Shown: piece after piece, positions 1 to 9,625 of the stretch
Layout of the letters: every line of letters begins with the position of its first letter
Position numbering within the stretch: the first letter of the stretch is position 1
Assembly: GCA_965207695.1 (NCBI GenBank)
Contig: CBDBNA010000011.1
Coordinates: 4,193 to 68,192, forward strand
Direction of reading: 5' to 3'
DNA length: 64,000 nt
Origin: Dehalococcoidia bacterium
Lineage (GTDB): Bacteria > Chloroflexota > Dehalococcoidia > Bin125
The notes under the pieces: model-generated
What the model was told of the DNA's origin: nothing
Database searches by the model: none
What the model saw: the letters and a program-made list of their open reading frames with translations, nothing else
Position numbers and translations under genes: made by a program

Positions 1-164
1 TCCAGGTCGTGGTTCCAGATCAGGTAGGGGAAGGTGCGGGCGCGCTTGGGCAACTCCCGCTTCTCGTCCGGGTAGTGGACCGTCACCGGCGGCCGGGCGA
101 AGACCCGCGCCCCCTGCACGATGGACCGCAGAATTCCTTGCACGTGCTTCCCTCCCCGTCGCAC
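1..164 (-). CDS. Partial CDS running off the window edge. The N-terminus is weakly NuoI-like (NADH-quinone oxidoreductase subunit I) with a PVTVHYPDEK motif.
   Basis: Minus-strand frame gives (V)QGILRSIVQGARVFARPPVTVHYPDEKRELPKRARTFPYLIWNHDL after an in-frame stop at about 165-167. GTG start candidates sit at 164 and 143. The ORF is not listed in the track because it is truncated. Confidence 0.25.
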   Translation of the reverse strand, partial: MRRGGKHVQGILRSIVQGARVFARPPVTVHYPDEKRELPKRARTFPYLIWNHDL

Positions 165-297
165 TCAGCCGCCCCATAATACCCGCAGCCCCGCCTGGGG
201 ACAGCCCGTCGCGGCCCGAGTTCTCCCCAACCCGTTGACACAGCCGCCCGGATGCGCGAATACAGAGCGACCGATCCGCGCAGACGGGAGTGCCGCC

Positions 298-918
298 ATG
301 TCATCCGCCGCCGAACGCCGAGAGAAGCAAGCCGGATTCGTGCGCCAGCGCTATCCCCGCAGCGGCACGCTGCGAGGCGGGCGCAGTTTCGACGTTCGCC
401 TGATGCAGGCGAACGACCGCGACGCGGTCCTCGCCTTCGCCCGCGCCCTGCCGGCCGACGATCTGCTCTACCTGCGAAGCGACATCACCGACCCGGACGT
501 GGTCGACGGCTGGATCAGCGAACTGGAGCGCCTCAACATCGTCACCGTGCTGGCCCTCGAGCAGGGCAGGCTCATCGGCGAGGCATCGCTGATCCAGAGC
601 GGCGCCGGCTGGACGCGGCATCGCGCCGACATCCGCATGATCGTCGCGCCGCAGGCCCGCGGCGAGGGTCTGGGCCACTACCTGGCCGAGGAGATCTTCG
701 TCATCGCCGAGCTGTTCGGCCTGCGCAAGCTCGCCGCGCAGATGTCGCACGACCAGCTGGGCGCGCAGTCGGTCTTCCGCGGCCTGGGCTTCGAGCCCGT
801 GGCGCTGCTGCCCGGCTTCGTCGTCGACCGTGAGGGGGCCGAGCGCGACCTGCTCGTCATGGCCTACGACGTCACGGCCCGCGGCGCGCCGGCCAGCGCC
901 CAGGAGGGCGGCGGCTAG
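298..918 (+). CDS. GNAT family N-acetyltransferase
   Basis: Acetyl-CoA binding fold motifs (IVAPQARGEGLGHYL...). ATG at 298 with GGGAG 10 nt upstream. The longer ORF 121..918 has a non-protein-like N-terminus. Confidence 0.7.
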   Translation: MSSAAERREKQAGFVRQRYPRSGTLRGGRSFDVRLMQANDRDAVLAFARALPADDLLYLRSDITDPDVVDGWISELERLNIVTVLALEQGRLIGEASLIQSGAGWTRHRADIRMIVAPQARGEGLGHYLAEEIFVIAELFGLRKLAAQMSHDQLGAQSVFRGLGFEPVALLPGFVVDREGAERDLLVMAYDVTARGAPASAQEGGG

Positions 919-934
919 AGCCCCGGCGCGCGCC

Positions 935-1909
935 ATGCAGGTCACCCCCCACGTCCGCGCGGTGCAGGTGCCCGAGGACGAGCCCATGCGTCCGGGCTCC
1001 ACCAACATCTACCTGGTGGGCAGCGGCCAGACGCTCACCATCGACTCCGGCGAGGCGATCGACAAGTTCCGCTGGATGCTGCGCGGCTACCTGGCCGCCG
1101 TGGAGCGCTCCGAGATCGGCGTCGCCGCCGTCACCCACCACCACTACGACCACAGCGGCAACCTGAAGGACCTGCGGGCGGCGCTGGGGGCCGAGGTCGC
1201 GGTACCGGAGAACGGCGTCGGGCTGCTGCGCGGCCGCCTCCCGGCCGACGGCGTCCAGACCCTGCACGACGGCGCCACCATCGACCTGGACGACGTGCGG
1301 GTGCAGGTCCTGGCGACGCCCGGGCACAGCGTCGATTCGCTCTGCTACTACATCGAAGAGGACGGGGTGCTCTTCACCGGCGACACGCTGCTCGGCGTCG
1401 GCACGACCACGGTGGGGAATCTGGGCGACTATCGGCGCTCGCTGCAGCGGCTCGTCGAGTTGCCGAACCTGCGGGTGCTCTGCCCCGGTCACGGCCCCCT
1501 CGTCCACGACGCCCGCGAGCGCCTGCAGACCTACATCGACCATCGCAACATGCGCGAGGAGCAGATCCTGCGGGTGCTGCGGCGCGGCGGCCCGCGGACC
1601 AGCTGGGAGATCATGCTGAAGCTGTACCCGGACATCGACAAGCGGCTGCGCGCCGCCGCCGACGGCAACGTGCGGGCGCACCTCGAGCAGCTGCGCGGCG
1701 AGGGGCGGATTCGCGTCACGCCGGGGCGCAAGCGCAAGCCCCGCGCCGACGTCGTCGCGCGGCGCAAGGCGAAGGAGCGCGAGCGCCGGGCGGTGATCCG
1801 CCGCGCCAGGCGCTTCGAGGCCGCCCAGCGCCGCGAACTGTGGCGCCGCCAGGAGGAGCCCCCCACCGACACCTGGACCCGTCAGCCCACCTACGCCATC
1901 GACGAGTAG
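935..1909 (+). CDS. MBL-fold metallo-hydrolase
   Basis: HHHYDHSGN metal-binding motif and TPGHSVDS; a beta-lactamase-like fold with a basic C-terminal tail. Confidence 0.75.
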   Translation: MQVTPHVRAVQVPEDEPMRPGSTNIYLVGSGQTLTIDSGEAIDKFRWMLRGYLAAVERSEIGVAAVTHHHYDHSGNLKDLRAALGAEVAVPENGVGLLRGRLPADGVQTLHDGATIDLDDVRVQVLATPGHSVDSLCYYIEEDGVLFTGDTLLGVGTTTVGNLGDYRRSLQRLVELPNLRVLCPGHGPLVHDARERLQTYIDHRNMREEQILRVLRRGGPRTSWEIMLKLYPDIDKRLRAAADGNVRAHLEQLRGEGRIRVTPGRKRKPRADVVARRKAKERERRAVIRRARRFEAAQRRELWRRQEEPPTDTWTRQPTYAIDE

Positions 1910-1949
1910 CCGCCCCCGCCTTGCTAGGCTGCGGCTGGAGCCGTCCCCA

Positions 1950-2963
1950 GTGCCCGTCTTCCACTACTTCGGCGCCGATGCCCTCTCCCTGCGCGAGGCC
2001 TGCGAGGCGCTTCGCCGGGACCACGACGGCGACGGCGCCCTGGCCAACAACACGCTCGTCCTGGAGGGGCCACGGACCACGCCGGACGAAGTCGTCGCGG
2101 CCGCCATGACGATCCCGTTCATGGCCGAGTACCGCCTGGTGCGCGTCGACGACCTCTGCCGCCCCTACAACCTGCCGCGCGGGGCCGCCGCCGCGCGCCG
2201 TCGCCGTCAGCGCCCGTCCGATGACTGGGCCGCCCTCCCCGACATGCTGGGCCGCCTCCCCCCCAGCACCCTGCTCGTCTTCGTCGACGGCGAGGTCGAC
2301 CGCGGCAATCCGATGAAGGAACTGCTCGCCGGGGTCGCCACCGTGCAGGAGTTCCGCCCCGCGCGCGGAAGAGAGCTGGTCGGCTGGGTGAACCAGCGCG
2401 CGCGGGACCGGGGCGTCGACTTGAGCCCCCGCGCCTCCCGCGCCCTGATCGACTGGGTGGGCGAGGACCAGGGGGCGCTGGCCTCGGAGATCGACAAGCT
2501 GCGCCTCTACGCCGGCGACCGCACCGTCGACGAGGCGGCGATCCGACTGATCTGCCCCCGCAACTTCGACGCCGAGATCTGGGACCTGACCGACGCCGTC
2601 GGTGAGGGGCGGCCGGAGGCGGCCTTGCGGGCGCTGGAGACGCTGCGCGCCGAGGGCCGGCCGTCGGCGGCGCTGCTTGGCGCGCTGGCCAATCAGATGC
2701 GGCGCATCATCGTGGCGCGAGAGATCATCGACGGGGGCGGCGACGCGGACGCCGTGCGAGAGCACTTTCGCATGCGGCACCCCTTCCCTGCCCGCAAACT
2801 CACCGAGCAGGCGCGCCGCTTCCCGCCCGCCCGCGCCGCCGTCGCCCCCCGCCTCATCCGCGACTGCGACGCCGCCGTGCAGCGCTTCCGCCGCGACCTC
2901 CCCGGCGGCCTCAGCGACGAGGTGGCGCTGGAGCTCCTGGTCGTGGACCTGGCGGGCGGCTAG
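1950..2963 (+). CDS. holA: DNA polymerase III subunit delta
   Basis: Length, the N-terminal 'FHYFGAD' region, and delta-subunit-like helical C-terminal domains. GTG start. Confidence 0.65.
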   Translation: MPVFHYFGADALSLREACEALRRDHDGDGALANNTLVLEGPRTTPDEVVAAAMTIPFMAEYRLVRVDDLCRPYNLPRGAAAARRRRQRPSDDWAALPDMLGRLPPSTLLVFVDGEVDRGNPMKELLAGVATVQEFRPARGRELVGWVNQRARDRGVDLSPRASRALIDWVGEDQGALASEIDKLRLYAGDRTVDEAAIRLICPRNFDAEIWDLTDAVGEGRPEAALRALETLRAEGRPSAALLGALANQMRRIIVAREIIDGGGDADAVREHFRMRHPFPARKLTEQARRFPPARAAVAPRLIRDCDAAVQRFRRDLPGGLSDEVALELLVVDLAGG

Positions 2964-3991
2964 CCGAGCTCGGTCGCCTCGATCGGGTTGAAGCAGGCGA
3001 CCCGCGCTTGCGCCGCCGGCGCGAAGCCCGCGGCTCCCCCGTCTTCCGCCGCGGCGACCAGCGGCGGCTCGGGCGCTTCCCGGCAGATCGTCAGCGCCTT
3101 CGGACATCGCTCGATGAAGCTGCAGTGGCCCGTCAGCGCCAGCAGGTCGGGCGGCGCGCCGCGGATCTGCGGCAGCAGACGCCGGCGGCGTCCATCGAGC
3201 CGCGGCAGCGTCTCCAGCAGCGACCAGGTGTACGGGTGGCGCGGCGATCGGAACGTCTCGCGCGTATCGCCGATCTCGACGAGCGCCCCCGCGTACATCA
3301 CCCCCATCACATCCGCGATCTGCGCCACGACGCCCATGTCGTGCGTGATCAACAGGATGGCCGTGCCCCGCTCCTCCCGCAGCGTGTCCAGTTCGTCCAG
3401 GATCTGCGCCTGCACCGTCACGTCCAGCGCCGAGGTCGGCTCGTCCGCGATCAGCACGGCCGGGTCGAGCACCGTCGCGATCGCGATCATCACCCGCTGG
3501 CACATCCCGCCCGACAGCTCCCCCGGCAGCGACCGCGCCACCCGCCTGGGATCGGGCAGGCGCATCCGCGTCAGCGCGTCCATCGTGATCGTCCGGGCGT
3601 CCGCCGGCGTCACGTCGCGATGCGTCAGGATCGTCTCTTCGACCTGCCGACCGACCTCCAGCACCGGGTTCAGGCCGGCGACGGGATCCTGGAAGATCAT
3701 CGACACGGTGTTGCCGCGCACCGTGCGCAGCTCGCTCTCGGGCATCGCCGCCAGGTCGCGCTCGCGGTCGGCCCCCAGCAGCCGGATCGCGCCCGACGTC
3801 ACGACGCCGGGCTCGGGGATGAGCCGCAGGATGCTCAGCGCCACCGTGGTCTTGCCCGCCCCGCTCTCGCCCACCAGCGCCGTCACCCGGCCGCGCTCCA
3901 TCTCCAGGTGGACGGCGCGCGCGGCCGGGACCGTCCCCTCTTTGGTGCGGTACTCGACGGACAGGTCTTCGATGCGCAGGATGGCCGGCAC
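2960..3991 (-). CDS. ABC transporter ATP-binding protein (oligopeptide/dipeptide DppD/OppD type) with no permease in the window
   Basis: Walker A GESGAGKTT, signature LSGGMCQR, Walker B ILIADEPTSALD, and a C-terminal oligopeptide-ABC extension. GTG start with a GGGAGG RBS. Confidence 0.85.
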   Translation of the reverse strand: MPAILRIEDLSVEYRTKEGTVPAARAVHLEMERGRVTALVGESGAGKTTVALSILRLIPEPGVVTSGAIRLLGADRERDLAAMPESELRTVRGNTVSMIFQDPVAGLNPVLEVGRQVEETILTHRDVTPADARTITMDALTRMRLPDPRRVARSLPGELSGGMCQRVMIAIATVLDPAVLIADEPTSALDVTVQAQILDELDTLREERGTAILLITHDMGVVAQIADVMGVMYAGALVEIGDTRETFRSPRHPYTWSLLETLPRLDGRRRRLLPQIRGAPPDLLALTGHCSFIERCPKALTICREAPEPPLVAAAEDGGAAGFAPAAQARVACFNPIEATELG

Positions 3992-4065
3992 GGCGCCTCC
4001 CGACGCCGCGTCGCGGCGGCGTCCGGGTCAGTCTAGGCCGCAGGCCGGGGTCGCGAGGGCCCGGG

Positions 4066-4716
4066 CTAGATCGCCCGGATCGCTCCCATCACGCGGCCCT
4101 GCACCTGCACGTCGTCCGCTTGGTGGTAGATGGGGGCCATCGTGGTGTTCATCGGCTGCAGGCGCACCCGCGCGCCCTCCCGGTAGAACTTCTTCAGCGT
4201 GACCTCGTTCGCGTCCTTCAGCCAGACGGCGGCCATCTCCCCGTCGTCGACCGTCTCCGCCGGCTCCATGATCACGATGTCGCCGTCGTCGATCAGCGCG
4301 TCGATCATCGACGTCCCCTGCACGCGCAGCGCGTAGACGTTCTCCCGCCGGCGCCCCCCCAGCACGTGCGGGGGCACGGGGATGGTCTCGTCGGCGTGGG
4401 CGGCGTCGACGCCCTCGTCCGTCGGGACGGGCAGCGGCCGCCCGGCCGCGATCGTGCCCAGCAGCGGCAGGCGGATCGTGCCCGCCGGCTCGCCGTGCCG
4501 CTCCTCGCCGACCAGCTTGATCCCCCGCGAGACCTCGCGGTCGCGCTGGATCAGCCCCTTCGCTTCCAGCGCCTTGAGGTTGTAGTCGACCACCGAAGTC
4601 GAGGAGATCGCGCAGCCCGTTTGGATGTCGCGAATGCTGGGCGGGTAGTCGTGCCGCGCCAGGAACTCGCGCAGGAAGTCCAAAATGCGTTCTTGTTTGT
4701 CGGAGCGTCGCTTCAT
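4066..4716 (-). CDS. lexA: LexA repressor
   Basis: N-terminal wHTH (ILDFLREFLARHDYPPSIRDIQ) and the S24 peptidase domain, with the Ala-Gly cleavage site and the Ser/Lys dyad region (GTSM...KK). ATG at 4716. The ORF track starts 127 codons upstream in non-protein-like sequence. Confidence 0.9.
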   Translation of the reverse strand: MKRRSDKQERILDFLREFLARHDYPPSIRDIQTGCAISSTSVVDYNLKALEAKGLIQRDREVSRGIKLVGEERHGEPAGTIRLPLLGTIAAGRPLPVPTDEGVDAAHADETIPVPPHVLGGRRRENVYALRVQGTSMIDALIDDGDIVIMEPAETVDDGEMAAVWLKDANEVTLKKFYREGARVRLQPMNTTMAPIYHQADDVQVQGRVMGAIRAI

Positions 4717-4816
4717 GACCTGCTTCCTCCGCCGACTCCCGGATGCCCCTCCGGCCGGCTCGCCCGGCCGTCTGCGTGGCGGCACGCGTCCACATTGTCC
4801 ACATCCGTCCACCGGT

Positions 4817-4828
4817 GGAACGGGTGTT
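4817..4828. promoter_or_regulatory. Cheo-type LexA/SOS box GAAC-N4-GTTC (GGAACGGGTGTTCT)
   Basis: A perfect GAAC-NNNN-GTTC palindrome about 100 bp upstream of the lexA start, in the divergent lexA / PIG-L intergenic region. Confidence 0.6.
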
Positions 4829-4933
4829 CTGGTACTATCACGCATCCGCGCGCCGGTGTCAACGGGCGGCCTCCGAGGGGCGCGAGCGCAGCGTCGGAGA
4901 CACGTCCGGCGGCCCTTCGCGGGCGAGGCCCGT

Positions 4934-5761
4934 ATGCTCGGAGCCGCAGGATCAGTCCGGCGCCGCGGCGCCGCGCCGGCCTCGGCCACCCGGAAGGAGC
5001 CCGTCATCGCCCCAGCCCCCGACGCCCCGGCCCCGCCGAAAATCGCCGCCGTCATCGCCGCGCACCCCGACGATGCCGACTTCGGCGCCGGCGGCACCGC
5101 CGCCCTCTGGACGCAGCAGGGCTGGGAGTTCCACTACATCGTCGTCACCAACGGCGCCAAGGGGTCCGACGACCCGAAGATGACGCGCGACCGCCTCATC
5201 GCCGCGCGCGAGCGGGAGCAGCGCGCCTGCGCCGCCGTCCTCGGCGTCTCCTCCTGCACCTTCCTGGGCGGCGAGGACGGGGAGCTCGACTACTCCCGCG
5301 CCATGCTGGGCGAGATCGTGCGGGAGATCCGCCGGCTCAAGCCCCAGGCCGTGTTCACCCACAGCGACCAGATGATCCACCGGCGCCCGGGCGCACCGGT
5401 CCGCGACGACGAGGACCGCTTCGTGGGCTTCGTCAACCATCGCGACCACCGCAACACCGGCACGATGGCCGTCGACGCGGTCTACCCCACCGCCCGCGAC
5501 CACATGAACTTCCCCGAACACATCGACGAGGAGGGGCTGGAGACGCACAAGGTCGGCCAGCTCTTCATCTGGGGCCATCCCGACGCGAACTTCAAGGTCG
5601 ATATCGGCGACAGCGTCGAGCGCAAGCTGACCGCGCTGATGGAGCACCAGACGCAGTTCGGCTCGCGCGGCGACGACTTCGCAGCCGGCATGCGCGAGCG
5701 CTTCCGCGACGCCGACGGCCACTTCTACGAGCGGTTCCTGCGCGTCGACCTGCCCATCTGA
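4934..5761 (+). CDS. PIG-L family deacetylase (LmbE/MshB/BshB-like)
   Basis: AHPDDADFG zinc-binding motif near the N-terminus, with downstream HxDH-like motifs. ATG at 4934. The longer track ORF overlaps lexA. Confidence 0.75.
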   Translation: MLGAAGSVRRRGAAPASATRKEPVIAPAPDAPAPPKIAAVIAAHPDDADFGAGGTAALWTQQGWEFHYIVVTNGAKGSDDPKMTRDRLIAAREREQRACAAVLGVSSCTFLGGEDGELDYSRAMLGEIVREIRRLKPQAVFTHSDQMIHRRPGAPVRDDEDRFVGFVNHRDHRNTGTMAVDAVYPTARDHMNFPEHIDEEGLETHKVGQLFIWGHPDANFKVDIGDSVERKLTALMEHQTQFGSRGDDFAAGMRERFRDADGHFYERFLRVDLPI

Positions 5762-5786
5762 CCCGCCGAGAGAGGCGGCCGCCGCG

Positions 5787-6293
5787 ATGCCGCACCCCGC
5801 GTTCCAGCCCCCGCCCCGCTACTGCCCCCTCTGCGCCGCGCCGCTGCGGGCGAGCGAGGCGGGGGGCGCGCCGCGCCCCGCCTGCCCCGACTGCGACTTC
5901 GTCCACTACGACGACCCCAAGCTGGCCGTCGGCGCGCTGATCGAGGACGCGGCCGGCCGCCTGCTCTATACGCAGCGGGACCACGAGCCCGCGATGGGGG
6001 CCTGGGCCTGGCCCAGCGGCTACGTGGACCGCGGCGAGGAGTTGCGCGCCGCCGCGGCCCGCGAGGTGCGCGAGGAGACCGGCGTCGAGGCGGCTATCGA
6101 CGGGCTGCTGGGCGCGTACTCCCGGGCCGGCGACCCGCTGGTCTTCATCGCCTTCGCGGGCCGCGCCGTCGGCGGCGAACTGCGCGCCGGCCCGGAGGCG
6201 CGTGATGTCCGCTTCTTCCCGCTCGACGGCCTGCCCCCGCCCGCCTTCCCCCACGACCCCGAGATCCTGCGCCGCTGGCGCGCCGGCCGATGA
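5787..6293 (+). CDS. NUDIX hydrolase with an N-terminal zinc ribbon
   Basis: CPLC...CPDC zinc ribbon followed by the Nudix box GYVDRGEELRAAAAREVREETGV. Confidence 0.8.
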   Translation: MPHPAFQPPPRYCPLCAAPLRASEAGGAPRPACPDCDFVHYDDPKLAVGALIEDAAGRLLYTQRDHEPAMGAWAWPSGYVDRGEELRAAAAREVREETGVEAAIDGLLGAYSRAGDPLVFIAFAGRAVGGELRAGPEARDVRFFPLDGLPPPAFPHDPEILRRWRAGR

Positions 6294-6982
6294 CCGCCCC
6301 GCGCCGCCCCGCGTCCCCGCTGCGCGTCCGTGATCTGGGCCGGCTCGCCTACCCGCCCGCCCTCGCCGAGCAGCGGGCCGCGCACGCCGCCGTCGTGGCC
6401 GGCGACGAGCGCGCCCTGCTGCTCCTCGTCGAGCACGACCCCGTCGTCACGCTGGGACGCCGCGGCTTGCGCGACGGTGTGCGCGCGCCGGAACGGCTGC
6501 GAAGGCTTGGCATCCCCATCGTCGAGAGTGAGCGCGGCGGCGACGTCACCTACCACGGCCCCGGCCAGCTCGTCGCCTACCCCGTCCTGCGGCTGAGCGA
6601 CTTCCGGCTCGACGTGCGGGCCTACGTCGGCGCGCTCGAAGGGGCCGCGCTGCGCCTGCTGGCCTCCTACGGGCTCGAAGGCCGCCGCGACCCCGAGATG
6701 CACGGGGTGTTCACCGTCGGCGGCAAGATCGCCTCGGTGGGCGTGCACGTCTCGCGCGGGGTCACGCGGCACGGCATCGCGGTCAACGTCGACCCCAGCG
6801 CCGAGCACTGGGCCTGCATCGACCCCTGCGGTCAGGCCGATGTCCGGGCGGCCTCCCTGCGCGCCGAACTCGCGGCCGCGGATGCCGCCACGGTCGCCGC
6901 CTGCGCCATGCCGGTCGTCAAGCGCCGCTTCGTCGCGGCCTTCGCCGCCGAGTTCGGCGTCGCGGTGTCCGCGTCTCGTTAG
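6290..6982 (+). CDS. lipB: Lipoyl(octanoyl) transferase
   Basis: RGGDVTYHGPGQLVAYPV motif and a conserved C-terminal Cys region. ATGA overlap with the upstream NUDIX gene. Confidence 0.85.
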   Translation: MTAPRRPASPLRVRDLGRLAYPPALAEQRAAHAAVVAGDERALLLLVEHDPVVTLGRRGLRDGVRAPERLRRLGIPIVESERGGDVTYHGPGQLVAYPVLRLSDFRLDVRAYVGALEGAALRLLASYGLEGRRDPEMHGVFTVGGKIASVGVHVSRGVTRHGIAVNVDPSAEHWACIDPCGQADVRAASLRAELAAADAATVAACAMPVVKRRFVAAFAAEFGVAVSASR

Positions 6983-6997
6983 CAGTCGCCGCCGCCC

Positions 6998-7429
6998 CTA
7001 CTCCTCCGCCCACAGGTCGATCCGCGAGAGGCAGTGCACGCACATCCGCAGGACGTCCGATCCGCGCTCGCCCTGGTGCAGCGCCGCGACCAGCGTGTCC
7101 TGCAAGTGCGCGAAACAGTAGCGCGGCCCGCAGCGCTCGCAGTGGGCGTCGTGCGCGGCGTCGCAGTCGGGCATGCCGCAGCGGCCGTCGGCGTTGCGCG
7201 CTCGGGCGGCGCGCAGAAAGGCGTGGTGCTGTTCGAGGTCGGCCTTCTTGGCCTGGCAGGCGGCGCGGTGGCAGACCTCCTCGCGGTCGCCGAAGCGGTC
7301 GCCGTGGTCCGCGCAGAAGCCGCGGGCACAGTACTGACACTGGCCGGCCAGCGGCTTCCGGCAGCCCAGGCCGAAGACGCGTCGTTCGCATCGCCGCGCC
7401 CGCTTGTACTCCCGCATCATCGCGACCAC
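6998..7429 (-). CDS. Cys/His-rich putative metal-binding protein
   Basis: About 21 Cys/His arranged in CxxC/CxxH-like pairs. The overlapping plus-strand ORF is an Ala/Arg/Val low-complexity artifact. Confidence 0.45.
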   Translation of the reverse strand: MVAMMREYKRARRCERRVFGLGCRKPLAGQCQYCARGFCADHGDRFGDREEVCHRAACQAKKADLEQHHAFLRAARARNADGRCGMPDCDAAHDAHCERCGPRYCFAHLQDTLVAALHQGERGSDVLRMCVHCLSRIDLWAEE

Positions 7430-7492
7430 GCACGCTTTCGACCGGCCGAGGGTCGCCTCAGTCTAGCGGCGCGGGGGGCGGCCCGGCGGGCC

Positions 7493-7837
7493 TCAGTCGC
7501 CGCCCGGCGACTCCCCATCGCCGGTCGCGAGCGCCGCCGAGGCGTTCTTCCCGGCCGGCGCCAGCAGGGCCGCCGCCCGCTCCTCGCCGCCCAGGTCGCG
7601 GCAGTCGACGAAGGTCGTGAAGATCGCGTGGTCTAGCAGGCGGCGTCCCTCGTCGTTGAGATGCGCCTCGTGCGCGTCGCGCAGCGCCAGCAAACGCTGC
7701 AGGCGATCGAGCTGCTGGTGCAGCCAGCCGCCGGGCGGCGGCGCGCCGTCCGGCGTATACAACTGCGGCTCGACGAACTCCTGCACGACCTCACCCCAGT
7801 CCTCGCCCGCGGGCCCGCCGGTGGCGGCGCGACGCAT
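7493..7837 (-). CDS. Hypothetical protein
   Basis: Protein-like composition from an internal Met onward. It lies in tandem, upstream and on the same strand as the Cys-rich ORF. The start is uncertain (the track starts at 7918). Confidence 0.3.
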   Translation of the reverse strand: MRRAATGGPAGEDWGEVVQEFVEPQLYTPDGAPPPGGWLHQQLDRLQRLLALRDAHEAHLNDEGRRLLDHAIFTTFVDCRDLGGEERAAALLAPAGKNASAALATGDGESPGGD

Positions 7838-8039
7838 CGCCGGGCGGCCGCCCGGCGCGCTGCGGCATCGGGGGCCTCTCGCGGGGCGCCGACCCGATCG
7901 GCGGCGAAGGGCCGCCACTCTACCGCCCGCCTTTCCGTAACGGCAACGCGAAGCCGACGCCGCGCGGGCCGTCGTTCACACCCCGTTTACGACGCGTGCG
8001 CCCCGGCGCAGCCCCCGTCGGAAGGGCCTGAGAGCGTCG

Positions 8040-9527
8040 CTAGCGGGCGTTGACCCGGTCGAAGAGGTCGACGATGTCGCGGGAGGGCGGCGGCGTGGCG
8101 AGGGTGACGATGACGGCCACGACCGAGGCGACGATGAAGCCGGGCGTGGCCGGCTGCATGTCCCACATCCCCGAGGGGCCGCCGTCGCTGAAGGCCCAGA
8201 TGGTGGCGACCAGGGTCCCCGCCAGGATGCAGGCAACGGCGCCCTGCAGGTTGAAGCGTCGCCAGAACAGGGCCAGGAGGGTCACCGGCCCGAAGGCCGC
8301 CCCCATGCCACCCCAGGCGTAGGCGACGAGATCGCCCACGGACTCCGGGAGGGAGAGCGCCACGAATACCCCGACCGCGCCGATGACCACCAGCAGCAGG
8401 CGCCCGAGCCAGACCCGCCGATTCTCGCTGAGCGCATACGAGACGCGCTTCAGCAGGGGCAAGTCGTCGGCGGCGACCGCGGAGGCGAGCAGGAGCTGCG
8501 AATCGGCGGTGCTCATGACGGCCGCGATCACCGCGGTGAGCAGGAACCCGGTGACGGCCGGGTGGAAGAAGACCTCGGACACGACGAGGTAGACGCGCTC
8601 GGCATCGGTGAGTTGGTGCAGCGCTGCCCCCTCGGCCAGGGCGCTCTGCGCGACCAACCCGACCGTGAGGGCGAGCCCGTACACGATCACGATCCAGACG
8701 AAGGACAGGTTGCGGCTGCGCGGGATCTGCTCCTCATGTTCCACGGCCATGAAGCGCTGCAGGATTCGCTGGGCGCCGAAGGCGCCGAACGCCCATCCCG
8801 CGGCCGAGAGCACGAACACGGCGCTGATGGGCGAGCCCTCGCGAGTGGTGAAGGGGTTGAAGAAGCCCTGCGCCGAATCGGTCGCGTCGGCGAACGGACT
8901 GTCCGTGGATCCGATGAGGAAGGCGGCGATGAGGAGGAGGCTCACGACCATCAACAGGGCCTGGAACACATCCGTGCGGGAGACGGCGAGGAAACCGCCG
9001 AGGAGGGTGTACGAGCTCACGGTCACGAAGGTCAGCAGAATGCCGGCGGTCGTCTCGATGCCGAACATCGTGTCGAGGAGCTTGGCCCCGCCCAGCAGTC
9101 CCGAGCTCACATAGAAGACGACGAAGAGGATGGTGATGGCGGCCGTCAGCGCTCGCAGCATCCCCGTCGTGTCCCCGAAGCGGACCTCGAAGAACTCGGG
9201 AATGGTGAGCGCGTCGCCCGCCGCAATGGTGTAACGGCGCAGGCGCTTGGCGATCAACGTCCAACTGAGCCAGAGGCCGACGACCAGCGCGATGGGGATC
9301 CACAGTTCGACGAGGCCGCCCACGTAGGCCAAGGCCGGCAGCACGAGCATGGTCCAGGCGCTCGTCGTGGAGGAGCCGGCGCTGAGGGCGGCTGTGATGC
9401 TGCTCAGCCGCCGGCCGCCGAGCACGTACTCGGACATGTTCTTCATGCGGCGGGCACCGTCGGCCGCGATGAGGATGAGAATGAAGAAGTACGCGGAGAA
9501 GACCGCGATGACCCAGGCGCTCGACAC
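8040..9527 (-). CDS. Sodium:solute symporter family transporter (PutP/SSF-like)
   Basis: About 13 predicted TM helices, with SSF motifs such as GRRLSS..AALSAGSS and the conserved Gly-rich TM segments. Confidence 0.8.
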   Translation of the reverse strand: MSSAWVIAVFSAYFFILILIAADGARRMKNMSEYVLGGRRLSSITAALSAGSSTTSAWTMLVLPALAYVGGLVELWIPIALVVGLWLSWTLIAKRLRRYTIAAGDALTIPEFFEVRFGDTTGMLRALTAAITILFVVFYVSSGLLGGAKLLDTMFGIETTAGILLTFVTVSSYTLLGGFLAVSRTDVFQALLMVVSLLLIAAFLIGSTDSPFADATDSAQGFFNPFTTREGSPISAVFVLSAAGWAFGAFGAQRILQRFMAVEHEEQIPRSRNLSFVWIVIVYGLALTVGLVAQSALAEGAALHQLTDAERVYLVVSEVFFHPAVTGFLLTAVIAAVMSTADSQLLLASAVAADDLPLLKRVSYALSENRRVWLGRLLLVVIGAVGVFVALSLPESVGDLVAYAWGGMGAAFGPVTLLALFWRRFNLQGAVACILAGTLVATIWAFSDGGPSGMWDMQPATPGFIVASVVAVIVTLATPPPSRDIVDLFDRVNAR

Positions 9528-9625
9528 AGCGCCCTCAGTCTACGGAGCGGTGATGGCGGGATCGACGAACGGCGACTCGCGCCGGCGGCGGGGCCGGACG
9601 ATGCGGGAAGGGACGGGGGTGGAGC

